A stretch of DNA of 64,000 nucleotides from Parcubacteria group bacterium Licking1014_17 (GCA_007376485.1 VMGJ01000002.1:15134-79133); one strand, 5' to 3'. Shown: positions 9,826 to 20,987, counted from the stretch's first letter. A program made the numbers and translations. The notes: a model not told the origin generated them from the sequence alone.

Positions 9826-10302
9826 TTAGTAATGCACATACACCGGCGTTCCGACATCGGCGAAATTGTAAAGCTGTTCCATGTCGCGATACGAAACATT
9901 AACGCAGCCATGGCTTCGCGGTGTGCCAAAGGCGTTATGCCAATAAGCGCCGTGAATATAATAACGAGGAAGGAAAAGGAGATTCCACTTTGTGTGAGGA
10001 AAGTTATAATACGTCCCGTTGCTGTTGCGTCCGAAATAATTCACAAACGGGATTTTTTGGCGGACGGTGAATTCCCCCGGCGGGGTTGGATACCACTTTA
10101 CTCCGGAAGAAATCAGGATGTTGCCGACTTCCGCATCGCCGAGATAATAACGGAGCCTTTGTTCGGTTAAATTAATATCAATTTTTTTCTTCGGTAACAG
10201 TTCATTAGGCACGGAGGCCGGCGCGTTAGCTTCTGAAACTAATGGAATAAAAGAAAAGAATATCGCTACTATAATGCCTACTGTTTTTAGCTTTGCACTC
10301 AT
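9826..10302 (-). CDS. L,D-transpeptidase (YkuD domain), secreted.
   Basis: Has a signal peptide and the catalytic HGAYWHNAFGTPRSHGCVNV motif, with the His and Cys of the SHGC box. Confidence 0.8.
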   Translation of the reverse strand: MSAKLKTVGIIVAIFFSFIPLVSEANAPASVPNELLPKKKIDINLTEQRLRYYLGDAEVGNILISSGVKWYPTPPGEFTVRQKIPFVNYFGRNSNGTYYNFPHTKWNLLFLPRYYIHGAYWHNAFGTPRSHGCVNVSYRDMEQLYNFADVGTPVYVHY

Positions 10303-10379
10303 ATAAACTATGACGATTAATAACTCTCGGCGGTATGCCGTATTTTATCCGCCATAGCTTACCTATTGCACAATATCCC

Positions 10380-11036
10380 CTACTGCACAAGACGCGCCGA
10401 TACCACGAGGCGCTGTTTTGTTGAAAATAACGGCGTGCAGGTTATAAGCGTTAAATGAGGAGTGGGCGTGGGATTTAAAACGGAAACTTCGGTAGGCATG
10501 ACGGTTTTCACCTCATCAACCTCATAGGTATATCGCCCGCCCAGCCAGAGTACTATTATTCTGTCGCCTATCGCAACCGAATCCAGATTATAAAATGTTT
10601 TCTTGATCGGCGGGCGGTAAAGGAAGCGGTGTCCGAAAATAACCGTATTGCCGTTTTTGTCCGGTGTTGAAGTGCTCGGGTAAATCCAACCGCCTTTTGA
10701 AAGAGTGCCCGCATCCTTGCCGGTATAAATTGGCATATCAATATTCGCTTTCTCAATTATGACTCTGTTTGCCTGCGGCGCTTGGCCGGCTGTGCCGTTT
10801 GGCGCCTTATCACTGTTGCCAATTGCAGTATTTTGGAATGCCTCGACAACATCCGTCTGGCGCTGCAGTTCGGTAATCTTTTGAGACGTATCGCCCATAT
10901 ACCCGCCTCCGTGAAACAGATCGGGCATAAAAGGCAATAAAGCTAAAGCCGTCCCTGATACAACAAACACGATACCGATAATCAGGTATACTTTTCTTTT
11001 TTTAATCTTATTCTTTTTGGGCTTTAAAAAATTCAC
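10380..11036 (-). CDS. Sortase family transpeptidase.
   Basis: Has an N-terminal transmembrane anchor, catalytic His (GNTVIFGHRF), the TLITC motif (HLTLITCTP) and a conserved Arg (VVSARL). Confidence 0.8.
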   Translation of the reverse strand: MNFLKPKKNKIKKRKVYLIIGIVFVVSGTALALLPFMPDLFHGGGYMGDTSQKITELQRQTDVVEAFQNTAIGNSDKAPNGTAGQAPQANRVIIEKANIDMPIYTGKDAGTLSKGGWIYPSTSTPDKNGNTVIFGHRFLYRPPIKKTFYNLDSVAIGDRIIVLWLGGRYTYEVDEVKTVMPTEVSVLNPTPTPHLTLITCTPLFSTKQRLVVSARLVQ

Positions 11037-11112
11037 CTTTATTTTTAACCGCGCGCAAAAGAAGCCAAACCCCTCCTTTTGTGCGTATAAGCAACCCTTC
11101 TAATATTATAAG

Positions 11113-12882
11113 CTATTTGCCGATTTTCTTGAGAAACTTTCTTGGCGAAAATCCGATTCCGAAAGCAATCATCGCAAGTCCGGCTGTTATCATTGAAGCG
11201 AACATAGCGTAAAGCAATTCGAGATCGAGAGAAAAACCGGTATTCGGCAGGGTCGTGGCGGCGCCCAGCACTTCACCCGCTGGCGTGGGAGTGGGATATG
11301 CCGCCGCAATTACTATAGCAGGAGTTTCCGTGGGCGTCGGCTCGGGAATTTCTATGCTGGCACCGGCGACTGATCCGCCACTGCCGCCGCTGCTGCCATG
11401 ACTGGGATTATTGAACGCCCCGTTAATATCGCCGTTTACCAAAGTGCATATCTTATGGTCGCCGAAATTCAGAACTACCTGCCCGCCAGGAGCACAATCG
11501 TTTTCAAACCCTTTAAATTCATAGCCGCTGGGCGGACCATTTTCGCCTACATTGTAGGTCCCCGGCGCCAAGGAATAATAGGTACCTGCGCCCGAGCCGG
11601 CAGCTGGACTTCCGGAAACATCCGTACCGGAATTGTTCACATCAGCCAGTGTGGTTTTGATTAACATTCCTAAAATCCAATTCGGCTGAAGGAGCGTGGG
11701 TTGGAGAAGACTTCTCACATGAACAACGATATCCGAAGGCACGATTCCGCCGCCATGAGTGTTATTAACTACAGTGATGACAAAGAGAGTAGTGTCACCC
11801 GGCGGAGTTGGGGTCGGGGTCGGAGTTGGAGCTGGAGACACTGACCCTGATGGTGTGGGAGTGGGCGTAACACTGCCGGAAGGGGTAGGCGTGGGAGAAA
11901 CCGATCCCGAAGGCGTAGGTGTCGGTGTAACGCTGCCGGAAGGGGTAGGCGTGGGGCTGGAGGTTTCAGTCGGCGTGGGGGTAGGCGTGGGCGTTGGCGA
12001 AGGGCAGATAAATGTGGCTAACGACAAACCCGGAACATAATTGATTGTGGCATTGTTCCCGATATTAACTTTCTGGCCGTAGACAGCCGTGATATCACCA
12101 TTTGAAGATGGCTCCAGAAGTACGCCGCCATTTAAGGAATAAAAGACAACAGAATTGCCCGGGTTTGACTGGACATCAATAGAATTATCGCCGGTATTTT
12201 GCGATGAAACCAAAAGAAGAAATCCGGAACCGTTGGCGCCGGCTTTGGCATTTCCTTCCAATAGGATTGTGCCTTTTGCCATTACAACCGTGCCGGCAGC
12301 ACCGAACGAGGCGTCAATAAAGAAGCTTGAATTCATTCCTAAAATAATATTTCCGGTCACATAAATCGGTCCTTCAATTATGGCAGCTGCGCCAGGACCC
12401 AAAATTAAATTCCCATCAATTTTAACCGGACCTATAAAAGTGGGGTTGTTTAACATGGAAATAAGAACATCTCCAGTAATAGTTCCCCCTTCGGCGGCGG
12501 CATTTTCCCAATCGGATTCGCTGATTGGAGGAAGCGGCTCCGGAGCCGCGCCTTCGGTGACTGTGCCCGTAACTTTGATACCAAACGGCGGGATATTATT
12601 AATAGTTCCCGCGGCAGTGGCGTTCCCGTTTATTTTTGACCATGCTCCCGTAGCACCAACATTAGCATCTGAACGGACATTGCCATTCACCAAAGCATTA
12701 GCGCCTAAGCTGACATCTTTACTATCTGACTGTACCGCATAAGGAAAAGATATTGTCGTCCCCTGCTTACAGCTTGAATCCGCCCGGCTGTTTTGGGATT
12801 GGGCAATCAAAACAATGCCTACGACTATGGCAATTATTGAAAGAAAACTGACGCCGGTCCTCTTAATTGTTTTTGTGCTCAT
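11113..12882 (-). CDS. Cell-wall-anchored surface protein with a C-terminal LPNTG sorting signal, a candidate sortase substrate.
   Basis: Has a signal peptide, a Pro/Thr-rich stalk ([23 protein letters not shown]... with a tandem SGSV[T/S]PTPTP x4), and a C-terminus of LPNTG followed by a hydrophobic transmembrane stretch and the basic tail RKFLKKIGK. Confidence 0.75.
   Translation of the reverse strand: MSTKTIKRTGVSFLSIIAIVVGIVLIAQSQNSRADSSCKQGTTISFPYAVQSDSKDVSLGANALVNGNVRSDANVGATGAWSKINGNATAAGTINNIPPFGIKVTGTVTEGAAPEPLPPISESDWENAAAEGGTITGDVLISMLNNPTFIGPVKIDGNLILGPGAAAIIEGPIYVTGNIILGMNSSFFIDASFGAAGTVVMAKGTILLEGNAKAGANGSGFLLLVSSQNTGDNSIDVQSNPGNSVVFYSLNGGVLLEPSSNGDITAVYGQKVNIGNNATINYVPGLSLATFICPSPTPTPTPTPTETSSPTPTPSGSVTPTPTPSGSVSPTPTPSGSVTPTPTPSGSVSPAPTPTPTPTPPGDTTLFVITVVNNTHGGGIVPSDIVVHVRSLLQPTLLQPNWILGMLIKTTLADVNNSGTDVSGSPAAGSGAGTYYSLAPGTYNVGENGPPSGYEFKGFENDCAPGGQVVLNFGDHKICTLVNGDINGAFNNPSHGSSGGSGGSVAGASIEIPEPTPTETPAIVIAAAYPTPTPAGEVLGAATTLPNTGFSLDLELLYAMFASMITAGLAMIAFGIGFSPRKFLKKIGK
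11815..11990. repeat. Tandem roughly 30-nt repeats encoding SGSV(T/S)PTPTP x4 plus PT dipeptide runs.
   Basis: The DNA and protein periodicity are visible directly. The plus-strand ORF 11759..12040 (GVGVG...) is the shadow of this repeat. Confidence 0.7.
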
Positions 12883-15800
12883 ACGCGTTTCCGGGTGGAA
12901 GGTTTTCTGACACGCCGTGTCGTTTTCCTTCCAGAACGGTTAATTAATTTTCTTTTTAATTTGGGTTTGCCCCTCGGCTTTCTTGACTTGCCCCGAATAT
13001 ATACCATTTCGTTGCCTATTGCAAAGAGCAATGCCAAGGCTGAAATAATTATCAATAAGGGGAAACTCTGGCTCTTGCCGCCAGGGGTTTTTGTTACCGG
13101 AACGTTTTGCCCGACTAGATCTGTTTGTGTAAGTTCAGCCGACTGATTTTCCGGGCTAAAAGTCGAGGCGCCTTTGACTTCGCCGCGCGAAGCAACACTA
13201 TCTGCGTTTGCCGCATTTGCCCCAATCGTATTGACCACGGCTTGAACAACTACCTTTTTTGCCTGCTCCTTCACTTTTTCAAGAACCGGCTCGTCTTTTT
13301 TGGGCTCGTCCAGATTCAACAGCTGGTTCTTTTGCCGTATTACTCCGTTATCGCTGTTGCCGATTATACTGAATGAACTTATAGCCGCCACTTCGGAAAT
13401 TACCTTCCTGAACGTGTAAGAATTAATTGCCTCAACATAAGCGGAATTCGTGTAAACCCCGGATTTCACATTTTCCGGAATCTCAAGCGAATAACTGATT
13501 TCAGCCTGTTCCCTGACGGCAAGCGTATCCAGCGGATAGGTGCTTTGAGCCATAATCTGCCCGTCAGGACCGCGCAGCGTGTCGTAAACTATGACGCTGT
13601 ACATGTCAATACCGCCGACGTTATGGGCGACGACAGTAAACTGAATCACGTCATGGGGACGAACGCCGGAGCTCGCGGCATCGTTTGTCTTGCTGACCAC
13701 AAGCGCCGCGGTTTGAACCGGTTCCGAGGAATATTGGGCGGCTTCCGTATAAGTTACGGTGGGATTCACGACCGGCATTACATTTTGATTTTGAGAATTT
13801 TGCGTTGATTCGTTATTTGGACCGTTCTGATTTGAATTATCCTGATTCTGGTTGCCACTCGGCGTTGACGAATCATTATTCTGCTGTTGGCTGTCCTGTT
13901 GATTTCCGGAGCTCCCAGAGTCCGGAGTCAACGCTGGCGATGTTGCCGGAGCCGGCGTCAACACTGTCTCGGTCAATACTGATTCGTTGTTTGATAAATT
14001 TTGCTCGGGTCCCATTCCACCTATGCGTGCGTAGGTTTGCACCGTCTCGCCGCCGGCAAAATCAGCGTTGGAATCCAAAGTAACGTCAAAACTGCTCTGG
14101 CTCTTGGGCGCTAATTTCCCGAGTGAAAATGTTATCATACCCAAGCTCTGACTGGCGGTGAAATCCTGAATGCCCGCCACGCTATCAAGCGTGAAAAATG
14201 AAGGATTGTAGCGCCATTCAAGGCTGGCGTCAGCCATGGAAGATTCCCCCTCATTTCCATAACCAATGCGGTATGTTACCGGCTGATTCTTGGCAGTCGG
14301 CAAGTCCGGAACCGGCTGTACGCGACTCTGGATGACGGACAAATCGGGATAACCAAAAATGACATTGCCGTCCCAAGTGCCAAAAATATTAATCATTCCA
14401 ATAAATAGGTCCGCGTTAATCAGATTCGTGTTGGCAAAATTGAGAATATTGGCGAGCGCCTTAGTGTTGCCGGAGAATATTTCGGCGTGCCTGATGCTCT
14501 CGGCTTCAACCGAGTTATTGCCCGAGTCGGTTCGTAGGTCAACATTATTATTAATATTTGCCGTATTTTCATTATCGATTGAAAACGAAGTTGACGAAGT
14601 TTCCGACGCCTGCACAAGGGTAGCTTCCATCAGTCCGTAATTGGGGCCGGTATCCTTAGCGCTTGCCGAGAAAAACGCCAGGCCGTTGGGCGTCTGGGCC
14701 AAAGCCACCTGGTCCGGGATAGAGTAAATACTGCCCGACCATGCACCCAAAGTGTTGACCATGCCCAAATACCATTTGCCGTTGTAAATCGTGCTGTCGG
14801 TGAAAGTGTTTACGTTGGAGACCGTCAGCGAGTCGCCGGTCTGGATATTTCCGTCGCGGATTTCACCGAGATCCTGGCTTGTGCTTCCCGTAGCCGCGAT
14901 TTCGTTGCCGCCGCTCGATGCGTCAACTAACACGTTATTGTTAATCGTTGATGTGTTCGTGTTCGCTATTTCCACATTGACCGTTCCCACGGTGTCGGCA
15001 TTGACATTTGTGCCGGTTACCGACGGTCCAATGCCGTAATGGTCGGCAAAATACATTTCGGACGGAAGCACCAAATCTCCCTTCCAGTCGCCGAAAATAT
15101 TTATTGACGAAATAGTCCAATGGGAATTAATAAGATTCGTGTTAACGATATTAAGAATATTGATAACCGCGTTAACGTCGCCCGTGTGAATATCGGCGGC
15201 GCGTTCGGTATTATTGATTTGATTCTCGCCCGAAACACCTAATGCACTCACGTTGTTCGTGATATTGGCGCTGTTTTTATTGGTAAGCTTGAATGAATTG
15301 ATGTTCTGGCACTGCGCGTCTCCGCACAAACCCTCGGCGAGAGTTTTTGTGATTTCGGATGAACCGGCGTCGGGATTATTGAGCAACAGGTCAGTCGAAA
15401 GATTATTGAAATTCTCAAATATCTGAGTGATGTCCGAATTTACGAGATTTGTGTTGACGACGTTCACGACGTTTGCATAGAGATTCACTTCGCCGCTGTT
15501 TATCTCGCTATATCTGCTTCCCGGCTCCGAATTAATCGCGTTCCGGCCGCTGATGCCCTGCACGTCCGCGTTGTTTGTGACTTTGACGTCGTTCGTGTTG
15601 ATAATTTCAACGACTGTCTGAAGATTCTGCCCCTCATCAACCACCAAACCATCAGGCTGGGTTATTTTCAGCTCGGAAGCGGGAACGCAGGTGTTTTGAG
15701 GCACATCCGACGGGCTTGGAGACGGAGACGGCGTCATTTCCGCGCTTAGCGAACTTACTAGAGCCAGCGAATCAAAACTCGGTGAAGCTAAAACTTCTGA

Positions 15801-16304
15801 ATTATCAGGCGAAGGAGTCGGTGTCGGGGTATGAATAATAACGCATGGCATTGCTTCCTGTCCTTCCGCTGATGAACTGGCTGTGCTCACAACCGGAGTA
15901 TCGCCGACACCGCCGGCATTTACATTCTGTTGGAGAACGGCATTGCCGCCAGCCGCCGATGCGTCATTTATTGTAATTGTGAAATCCGGAGTGCTTGAAA
16001 TCGGCGAGGGTGTCGGTGTCACCACGGTTTCGGATACATTTCCAGTATCGGGTTGGGTTTCAGGGCTCACTGCCGGAAATTGGCTTACTGACGGTTCCGG
16101 CGTGAGCGAAGGAATTGGCTCCACGACAACATTTACATCAACCAGTTGATCGGCAGGCGGTATCGTCTCCATGGCATAAACTTTTCCGGCGGAAATTATG
16201 AAAGGAAAGATAATCAGATTAAGTATGAAAATGGACGCCACAAAACGCCGCCCCAAGCGAACGAGATTTTTATTAAAAAGTAATTGTCGACCGGCTGTTT
16301 TCAT
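12879..16304 (-). CDS. Giant 1141-aa secreted surface protein with DUF11-like domains and four copies of a novel roughly 65-aa N/T-rich repeat.
   Basis: Has a signal-anchor sequence and a repeat reading NNxxV...SGxNxI...[36 protein letters not shown], present four times. Two DUF11-like segments are present ([24 protein letters not shown]... and [25 protein letters not shown]). There is a Q/N-rich low-complexity block, and a C-terminal hydrophobic segment with a very basic tail (PVTKTPGG...[15 protein letters not shown]...[12 protein letters not shown]). It overlaps the 11113..12882 gene by 4 nt. Confidence 0.7.
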   Translation of the reverse strand: MKTAGRQLLFNKNLVRLGRRFVASIFILNLIIFPFIISAGKVYAMETIPPADQLVDVNVVVEPIPSLTPEPSVSQFPAVSPETQPDTGNVSETVVTPTPSPISSTPDFTITINDASAAGGNAVLQQNVNAGGVGDTPVVSTASSSAEGQEAMPCVIIHTPTPTPSPDNSEVLASPSFDSLALVSSLSAEMTPSPSPSPSDVPQNTCVPASELKITQPDGLVVDEGQNLQTVVEIINTNDVKVTNNADVQGISGRNAINSEPGSRYSEINSGEVNLYANVVNVVNTNLVNSDITQIFENFNNLSTDLLLNNPDAGSSEITKTLAEGLCGDAQCQNINSFKLTNKNSANITNNVSALGVSGENQINNTERAADIHTGDVNAVINILNIVNTNLINSHWTISSINIFGDWKGDLVLPSEMYFADHYGIGPSVTGTNVNADTVGTVNVEIANTNTSTINNNVLVDASSGGNEIAATGSTSQDLGEIRDGNIQTGDSLTVSNVNTFTDSTIYNGKWYLGMVNTLGAWSGSIYSIPDQVALAQTPNGLAFFSASAKDTGPNYGLMEATLVQASETSSTSFSIDNENTANINNNVDLRTDSGNNSVEAESIRHAEIFSGNTKALANILNFANTNLINADLFIGMINIFGTWDGNVIFGYPDLSVIQSRVQPVPDLPTAKNQPVTYRIGYGNEGESSMADASLEWRYNPSFFTLDSVAGIQDFTASQSLGMITFSLGKLAPKSQSSFDVTLDSNADFAGGETVQTYARIGGMGPEQNLSNNESVLTETVLTPAPATSPALTPDSGSSGNQQDSQQQNNDSSTPSGNQNQDNSNQNGPNNESTQNSQNQNVMPVVNPTVTYTEAAQYSSEPVQTAALVVSKTNDAASSGVRPHDVIQFTVVAHNVGGIDMYSVIVYDTLRGPDGQIMAQSTYPLDTLAVREQAEISYSLEIPENVKSGVYTNSAYVEAINSYTFRKVISEVAAISSFSIIGNSDNGVIRQKNQLLNLDEPKKDEPVLEKVKEQAKKVVVQAVVNTIGANAANADSVASRGEVKGASTFSPENQSAELTQTDLVGQNVPVTKTPGGKSQSFPLLIIISALALLFAIGNEMVYIRGKSRKPRGKPKLKRKLINRSGRKTTRRVRKPSTRKRV

Positions 16305-16360
16305 GTCCTACCCGAACGTTCCCGGGGAGCGTTCAGCCCCCCGGGAACAATCCGTACGAG

Positions 16361-16957
16361 TTATTTAATCGTCTTCTTAACTATCTTATTGAAGAGATTG
16401 AAAACCGTGCTTGTCTGGGTGGCAGAATCGCTGGTGCCAGTCCACATGCTGGTCGCTTTCAGAGTACCATCGGCAAAAACGGTATTCGTTCCGGTATTGC
16501 CAAAAGCGCCGACCAAGGTCTTGAATGTGACTCCCTGAGTGGAGTCTGTGTCGGTTATTGCTTTGTCTTTGTTCTTGATTATGGCTTCCGAACCCGCGTC
16601 TACGGTCTCAATCTTGTCGGCGCTGGTGTTGCTCGACTCGACTGATACGTCAACGGACGTGCTGTTGGCGGCATCCTCGGTTGAAGTCGCGGCTTGCGTA
16701 TTGCCGGTAGACATTGATGTCGCGCTCTGGTCATCGGTTGATGACACGACGTTACTGCCTGAATTTGACGATGCCGAAACACTGGTGTGGGTAATGTTTG
16801 CCGTGTTCGCCGTATCCATGAACGCGCCGAAGAACACGCGATTCCTAATCTTGGCAAACGAACCTTCGGTAATGCCAGTGATTGTCGCGGCATGGGTGAT
16901 GCCCGCTGTAAAAGCGATCACTCCCAAGACCGTCAATAATACTGCTACTTTTTTCAT
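16361..16957 (-). CDS. Secreted 198-aa protein of a paralogous pair, built from the repeat module of the giant surface protein.
   Basis: Signal peptide, then ATITGITEGSFAKIRNRVFFGAFMD...ANITHTSVSASSNSGSNVVSS... Confidence 0.6.
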   Translation of the reverse strand: MKKVAVLLTVLGVIAFTAGITHAATITGITEGSFAKIRNRVFFGAFMDTANTANITHTSVSASSNSGSNVVSSTDDQSATSMSTGNTQAATSTEDAANSTSVDVSVESSNTSADKIETVDAGSEAIIKNKDKAITDTDSTQGVTFKTLVGAFGNTGTNTVFADGTLKATSMWTGTSDSATQTSTVFNLFNKIVKKTIK

Positions 16958-17059
16958 TTTTTACATGTCATCACGGGGAGGATAATGGCTATTCTGAAAT
17001 AGACACTATCCCGCGCCAAGATGACATTTTTTAAACACAAAAAATAACCCTTGTGGGTC

Positions 17060-17656
17060 TTATTTAATCGTACGCGTGATGGTGAAAGCCGAAATATTGA
17101 ACAGATTGGCTAAACCTGTCGCTGTTTGAGCTATGCCGGTCTTCATCACCGTATCCCTAAGTTTATCGCCGGAAATCACCGCATTGCTGCCTGTTGTGGC
17201 AATGGCAGCGATAGCATTGGTGTTCTTAATGTCGTTTTTATTATCCAGATCTATTTTAACTTCATCTTCGTTCTTAATTTTGGCATCGGAACCGTCGCTG
17301 ACATTGCTGATTGCATCATCCGTTGTCGAAGCCGATTCTACTGCCACGGCTGCTGTTGTTTCATTCGCTTCGTTTGTTACCATCGTCGCCGCTGTCGTAT
17401 CGCCGGTTGTAACACTGGTTGCTCTTTGTTCTCCGGCAGAGGTTACGGTGTTATTGCCCGAACCCGAGGAAGAAGTGACCGTGTTCGTGATGGTGGCTTT
17501 GTTGTTGTTGTCCAGGAAAACTCCGACAAAGAAAGAGTTGAATATCTTTCCTGTCGAACCTCCATTGATGCCGGTTATGGTCGAAGCCGAAACCGAGCCT
17601 GCAATCGCGAAAACGAATATAACTAAGGATACCACTAATAATTTTCTCATATACAC
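17060..17656 (-). CDS. Secreted 198-aa protein, paralog of the 16361..16957 gene.
   Basis: Signal peptide, then STITGINGGSTGKIFNSFFVGVFLD...ATITNTVTSSSGSGNNTVTS...TGDTTAA. It is the same length and layout as its paralog. Confidence 0.6.
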   Translation of the reverse strand: MYMRKLLVVSLVIFVFAIAGSVSASTITGINGGSTGKIFNSFFVGVFLDNNNKATITNTVTSSSGSGNNTVTSAGEQRATSVTTGDTTAATMVTNEANETTAAVAVESASTTDDAISNVSDGSDAKIKNEDEVKIDLDNKNDIKNTNAIAAIATTGSNAVISGDKLRDTVMKTGIAQTATGLANLFNISAFTITRTIK

Positions 17657-17989
17657 CTCCTTCCTATTAAACTAGTTACCTCCAGGTAAACTAGCGCGCA
17701 CTTTACTCTGGAAATAAATTTCCCAGATTTAACCCTTATAACACGACAACCTTTTTTTGTGCAAGATATTGACAAGAATAGATGTTGATAACTTAAAAAT
17801 AACAACAATATCGGCAAAAATATTTTAAACCACAGATTGTGATGAATTTATACTACGAAAAGGCTCTGGAATAAATTATTTTTCAACCTTCGACCTGTTT
17901 TAATCTTACTCATACAACGGCTAATCTTCAGAGTTCGTGACTGCAACGCGGATTCCGTGAAAATAATCAGAATTTTTTTCCTGCCGATG

Positions 17990-19321
17990 TTAGTTACCGT
18001 AACTGCATTGTTTAACGTAGCCAAACGCCGGATCTCTAAAAACATAATTTGAACAGGAAACACTATTGGTGTACGTGCCGTAGTAGAATATATTGTTGGC
18101 GCCATAACGCACCTGGTGTGTGCCGTTGAAGTAGCACATTTGGTTTTCACCGGCGCAGAATGTCCAACCGCTCTGATATGAACCGCTGCCGCCGATATTT
18201 ACATTCAAAGCTCCACAGCTGTTGGTTGAGGCGCAGATTACAACCACCGTGGCGCTGTTAGTCATGCCCGTAAGCGTCATATTACTGCCGCTAAGGTTTA
18301 CCTGCATCGAGCCCGGATTGGAATTATAAGCCGCGTAATAACTGCCGCCAGAACCGCCATAAATCGAGATGTTCATGCTCTGGCCTATGGTTAAGCTGGG
18401 ATTATTCTGGCTGAATGAAAGCTGATTATTATAATTATAGTTGTAGTTGTTGTAAGATGAGCCCGACCCAACGGTAATATAAAGCGTGCCACAATATGAC
18501 TGGTTGTAAGAGCAAACGCGGAGCGAGCCCGAGCCGGTATTTTTGCCGATAATCGTAATAGTGTTGTTGCCGATTACAGAGTCGAAGATATTAAGAGTGT
18601 CAGGAAACATGTTGTAAGGCGTGGCACCGCCGGAAATAGTGATGCTCGCCGTCCCGCCGATGTTGATGCTGACGTTATTCTGGCTGAATGAGATTTGACC
18701 GCCGCCCATATTGCCGCCGGATTGGTATTGAACAGTCACATAAATGCTGGCGCAATTGGACGAGTATGAACTTAAGCAGATGGTTATAGTCGCTGAACCG
18801 TAATTACTGCCATAAACGGAAATCTGACTGCCGCTGATGCTGGATGTGGCGACTGAAGGATTGGTATTTCCGGAAATATAAATCGAGGCACCGCTGTTAT
18901 AAGCCGTAATCGTAGACGACTGCCCGATCGTCAGCGTGAGATTCGTCTGGCTCAATGATAAACTGCCGCTTCCGCCCGTGCCGGGCCAGGTGACACTTGA
19001 CGACTGCTGGCTGTTAACCATGACATATGCCTGACTGCCGGGAATTACGCCGTAAAAAGATGTACTAAACACAATTGAGAAATATCCGTTATAATCCGTC
19101 ATTCCGATATACTGCGATTGCTGGCCGTAATAATTTTTCTGGTAATACAGCGTAACGCTCGAATTCGAGTCGCCGTTGACTGTCATTTGAACATTATCCC
19201 CGCTGCCGGTGGCGGAAACCGACAACACAGGACTCATGGCATGAACGCTCGCCGAAATAGCCCAAAAACCGCCGATAATAACCGTGCTTACAACAAAAAC
19301 CCGTAATATGTTTTTACACAT
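17990..19321 (-). CDS. Secreted protein with three roughly 78-aa Ig-like S/N/Y-rich repeats and a Cys-rich C-terminal domain.
   Basis: Has a signal peptide and repeats LSLSQTNLTLTIGQSSTITAY.../ISFSQNNVSINIGGTASITIS.../LSFSQNNPSLTIGQSMNISIY.... The C-terminus reads WTFCAGENQMCYF...SVSCSNYVFRDPAFGYVKQCSYGN. Confidence 0.6.
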   Translation of the reverse strand: MCKNILRVFVVSTVIIGGFWAISASVHAMSPVLSVSATGSGDNVQMTVNGDSNSSVTLYYQKNYYGQQSQYIGMTDYNGYFSIVFSTSFYGVIPGSQAYVMVNSQQSSSVTWPGTGGSGSLSLSQTNLTLTIGQSSTITAYNSGASIYISGNTNPSVATSSISGSQISVYGSNYGSATITICLSSYSSNCASIYVTVQYQSGGNMGGGQISFSQNNVSINIGGTASITISGGATPYNMFPDTLNIFDSVIGNNTITIIGKNTGSGSLRVCSYNQSYCGTLYITVGSGSSYNNYNYNYNNQLSFSQNNPSLTIGQSMNISIYGGSGGSYYAAYNSNPGSMQVNLSGSNMTLTGMTNSATVVVICASTNSCGALNVNIGGSGSYQSGWTFCAGENQMCYFNGTHQVRYGANNIFYYGTYTNSVSCSNYVFRDPAFGYVKQCSYGN

Positions 19322-19496
19322 AGTATTTAAATTATTGCTTATTACTATGAGTTATACTAAATGACAATATTTTGCAATAGCACGGGTAATATGGATACTT
19401 AGAGTCTAAAATAAACAAGGGATTGACAATAGAATACGGCACATATTAAAATCGCAGTGTGTAATTATGCACTTTTTAAAATTGGAGGTGAAAAAT

Positions 19497-19772
19497 ATGA
19501 GTTGGGTTGAAAGAACACGAAAACTCTCTAAGGGGGCCAGGAAATACTACAGAAATAAAAAGAAGAACGAGCGGCTTTCTGTCGAAGGAAAGGGCAACCG
19601 TTCGCGTGTCCAAGCCGACAAGTGGCTAACGGAGCACAAATTGCCCATCCCGCAAAATCCACTACCCAATAGGAAGCTAAAACCAAAACCGATCGCGTTG
19701 CCTCCTCCGCCACCCATACCACCTAAACGATTACTCGAAGACCCATGGGCTTGGCTTTGGCGCCAACTCTGA
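19497..19772 (+). CDS. Hypothetical basic, Pro-rich 91-aa protein.
   Basis: A GGAGGTG ribosome-binding site lies 7 nt before the ATG at 19497. There is no recognisable domain. Confidence 0.3.
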   Translation: MSWVERTRKLSKGARKYYRNKKKNERLSVEGKGNRSRVQADKWLTEHKLPIPQNPLPNRKLKPKPIALPPPPPIPPKRLLEDPWAWLWRQL

Positions 19773-19842
19773 GAGTATTTTTACTCTCTTCCCCAAAAAA
19801 GATATCGTCTCTACGATATCTTTTTTTCTTTTTTTCGGCCCC

Positions 19843-20331
19843 CTAAAACAATACTCCCCAGACAAAAATTACCGTCGCGACAGCCAGTATCAGCAGTTTT
19901 CCGAACGTTCCGAGGAAAAAACCGAATAAAGCGCCGGCTGCTACTTTAAGAGACTGCTTTACATTCTTGCTGGCCGCGAACTCCAAAATCGCGCCGCCGA
20001 ATATTGAACCAAGTATGAGACCAGGCAAACTAAAAAGGAGAGCGCCTACAATCCCGCCCAAAATTGAACCGATAATTCCGTATTTGCCGCCGCCGAATTT
20101 TTTCACGCTGTAAACTCCGGCTATCAGGTCGGCCAGCATGTAAAGCACGCAGAAAACAACAATCAGCCAGAAATTAATTTTTCCGAGAGAATTCATCCCC
20201 CATTGAGCTATGTAAATGCCAACGGCACCCAGAGTCAGTAGGGCTCCGGGGAAAACCGGAATTACGGTCACTACGAAAGCCGCGATGAGCAAAATTATGA
20301 TAGCAACCGCCAATGTAATTGAAGTAATCAT
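19843..20331 (-). CDS. DUF456-like polytopic membrane protein.
   Basis: Four Gly-rich transmembrane helices (FPGALLTLGAVGIY...GIIGSILGGIVGALLFSLPGLILG...). Confidence 0.5.
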   Translation of the reverse strand: MITSITLAVAIIILLIAAFVVTVIPVFPGALLTLGAVGIYIAQWGMNSLGKINFWLIVVFCVLYMLADLIAGVYSVKKFGGGKYGIIGSILGGIVGALLFSLPGLILGSIFGGAILEFAASKNVKQSLKVAAGALFGFFLGTFGKLLILAVATVIFVWGVLF

Positions 20332-20332
20332 A

Positions 20333-20833
20333 TTACGGTTGGAAAAGCTCCTCCGGAGAAAAGCGAACCTGTTTTACTTCGGGAAATTGTTTTGCGGTGG
20401 CTTCGATTTGAAACCAAAGTATGCCCGCGCGGCATGATCCCCCGCTGGTACGGTTCACCGGGTCGTCAAACGTCAGTATGAGTGTCCCACCCGATAATGA
20501 CGCGGCTTTCAGCGCAAATCCCGGCAATGGATATTCCGTGCTGATGCCTTGGGCTTTTTCCTCCGGAGTCAGCGCGCCGGAAATAAGCAAACGGACAGTG
20601 TCCTGAATCGGCGTCTGCGTTACCGGAATACTTCTTTCTATAGAAACAAGCCCTTGGCGGCTACACTGAATATTACCCGAGGCGTCTTGGTCCTTTTTCG
20701 CGTTATAATAGTACAACAGCATGGTTCGCGTCGGACTTTCTTTTTCCCCGCCCTTAGGTATTTTATAAATCCACACACCTAAACCAACAAGAATAATAAC
20801 CGCCGGCACAATAAAAAGTAGTTTTGTTTTCAT
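20333..20833 (-). CDS. GerMN-domain (sporulation/germination-like) membrane-anchored protein.
   Basis: Has an N-terminal transmembrane helix and LYYYNAKKDQDASG...TVRLLISGALTPEEKAQGISTEYPLPGFALKAASLSGGTLILTFDD...FPEVKQVRFSPEE. Confidence 0.6.
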   Translation of the reverse strand: MKTKLLFIVPAVIILVGLGVWIYKIPKGGEKESPTRTMLLYYYNAKKDQDASGNIQCSRQGLVSIERSIPVTQTPIQDTVRLLISGALTPEEKAQGISTEYPLPGFALKAASLSGGTLILTFDDPVNRTSGGSCRAGILWFQIEATAKQFPEVKQVRFSPEELFQP

Positions 20834-20987
20834 ATAACAATTATAACATTACGGCGGAAGATTTACCGAAACCGCTTGCCATTTTACTTTCCGTGTTTTA
20901 GTATTGGCTGTGACTTATAAAAGAAGTTAACCATTATTTACTGATACCCACAGCACATTGTTATTTTACGTAAAGGAGGTGAGAAAG

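Noticed and set aside
11759-12040. Plus-strand ORF encoding [15 protein letters not shown]... repeats.
   Set aside because: It is the antisense shadow of the PT/SGSV tandem repeats in the LPNTG surface protein gene.
17769-17800. TTGACA...TAAAAT promoter-like hexamers in the 17.66-17.99 kb intergenic region on the plus strand.
   Set aside because: The spacer is 19 nt, the region is AT-rich where such hexamers occur by chance, and it would point antisense into the 17990..19321 gene.
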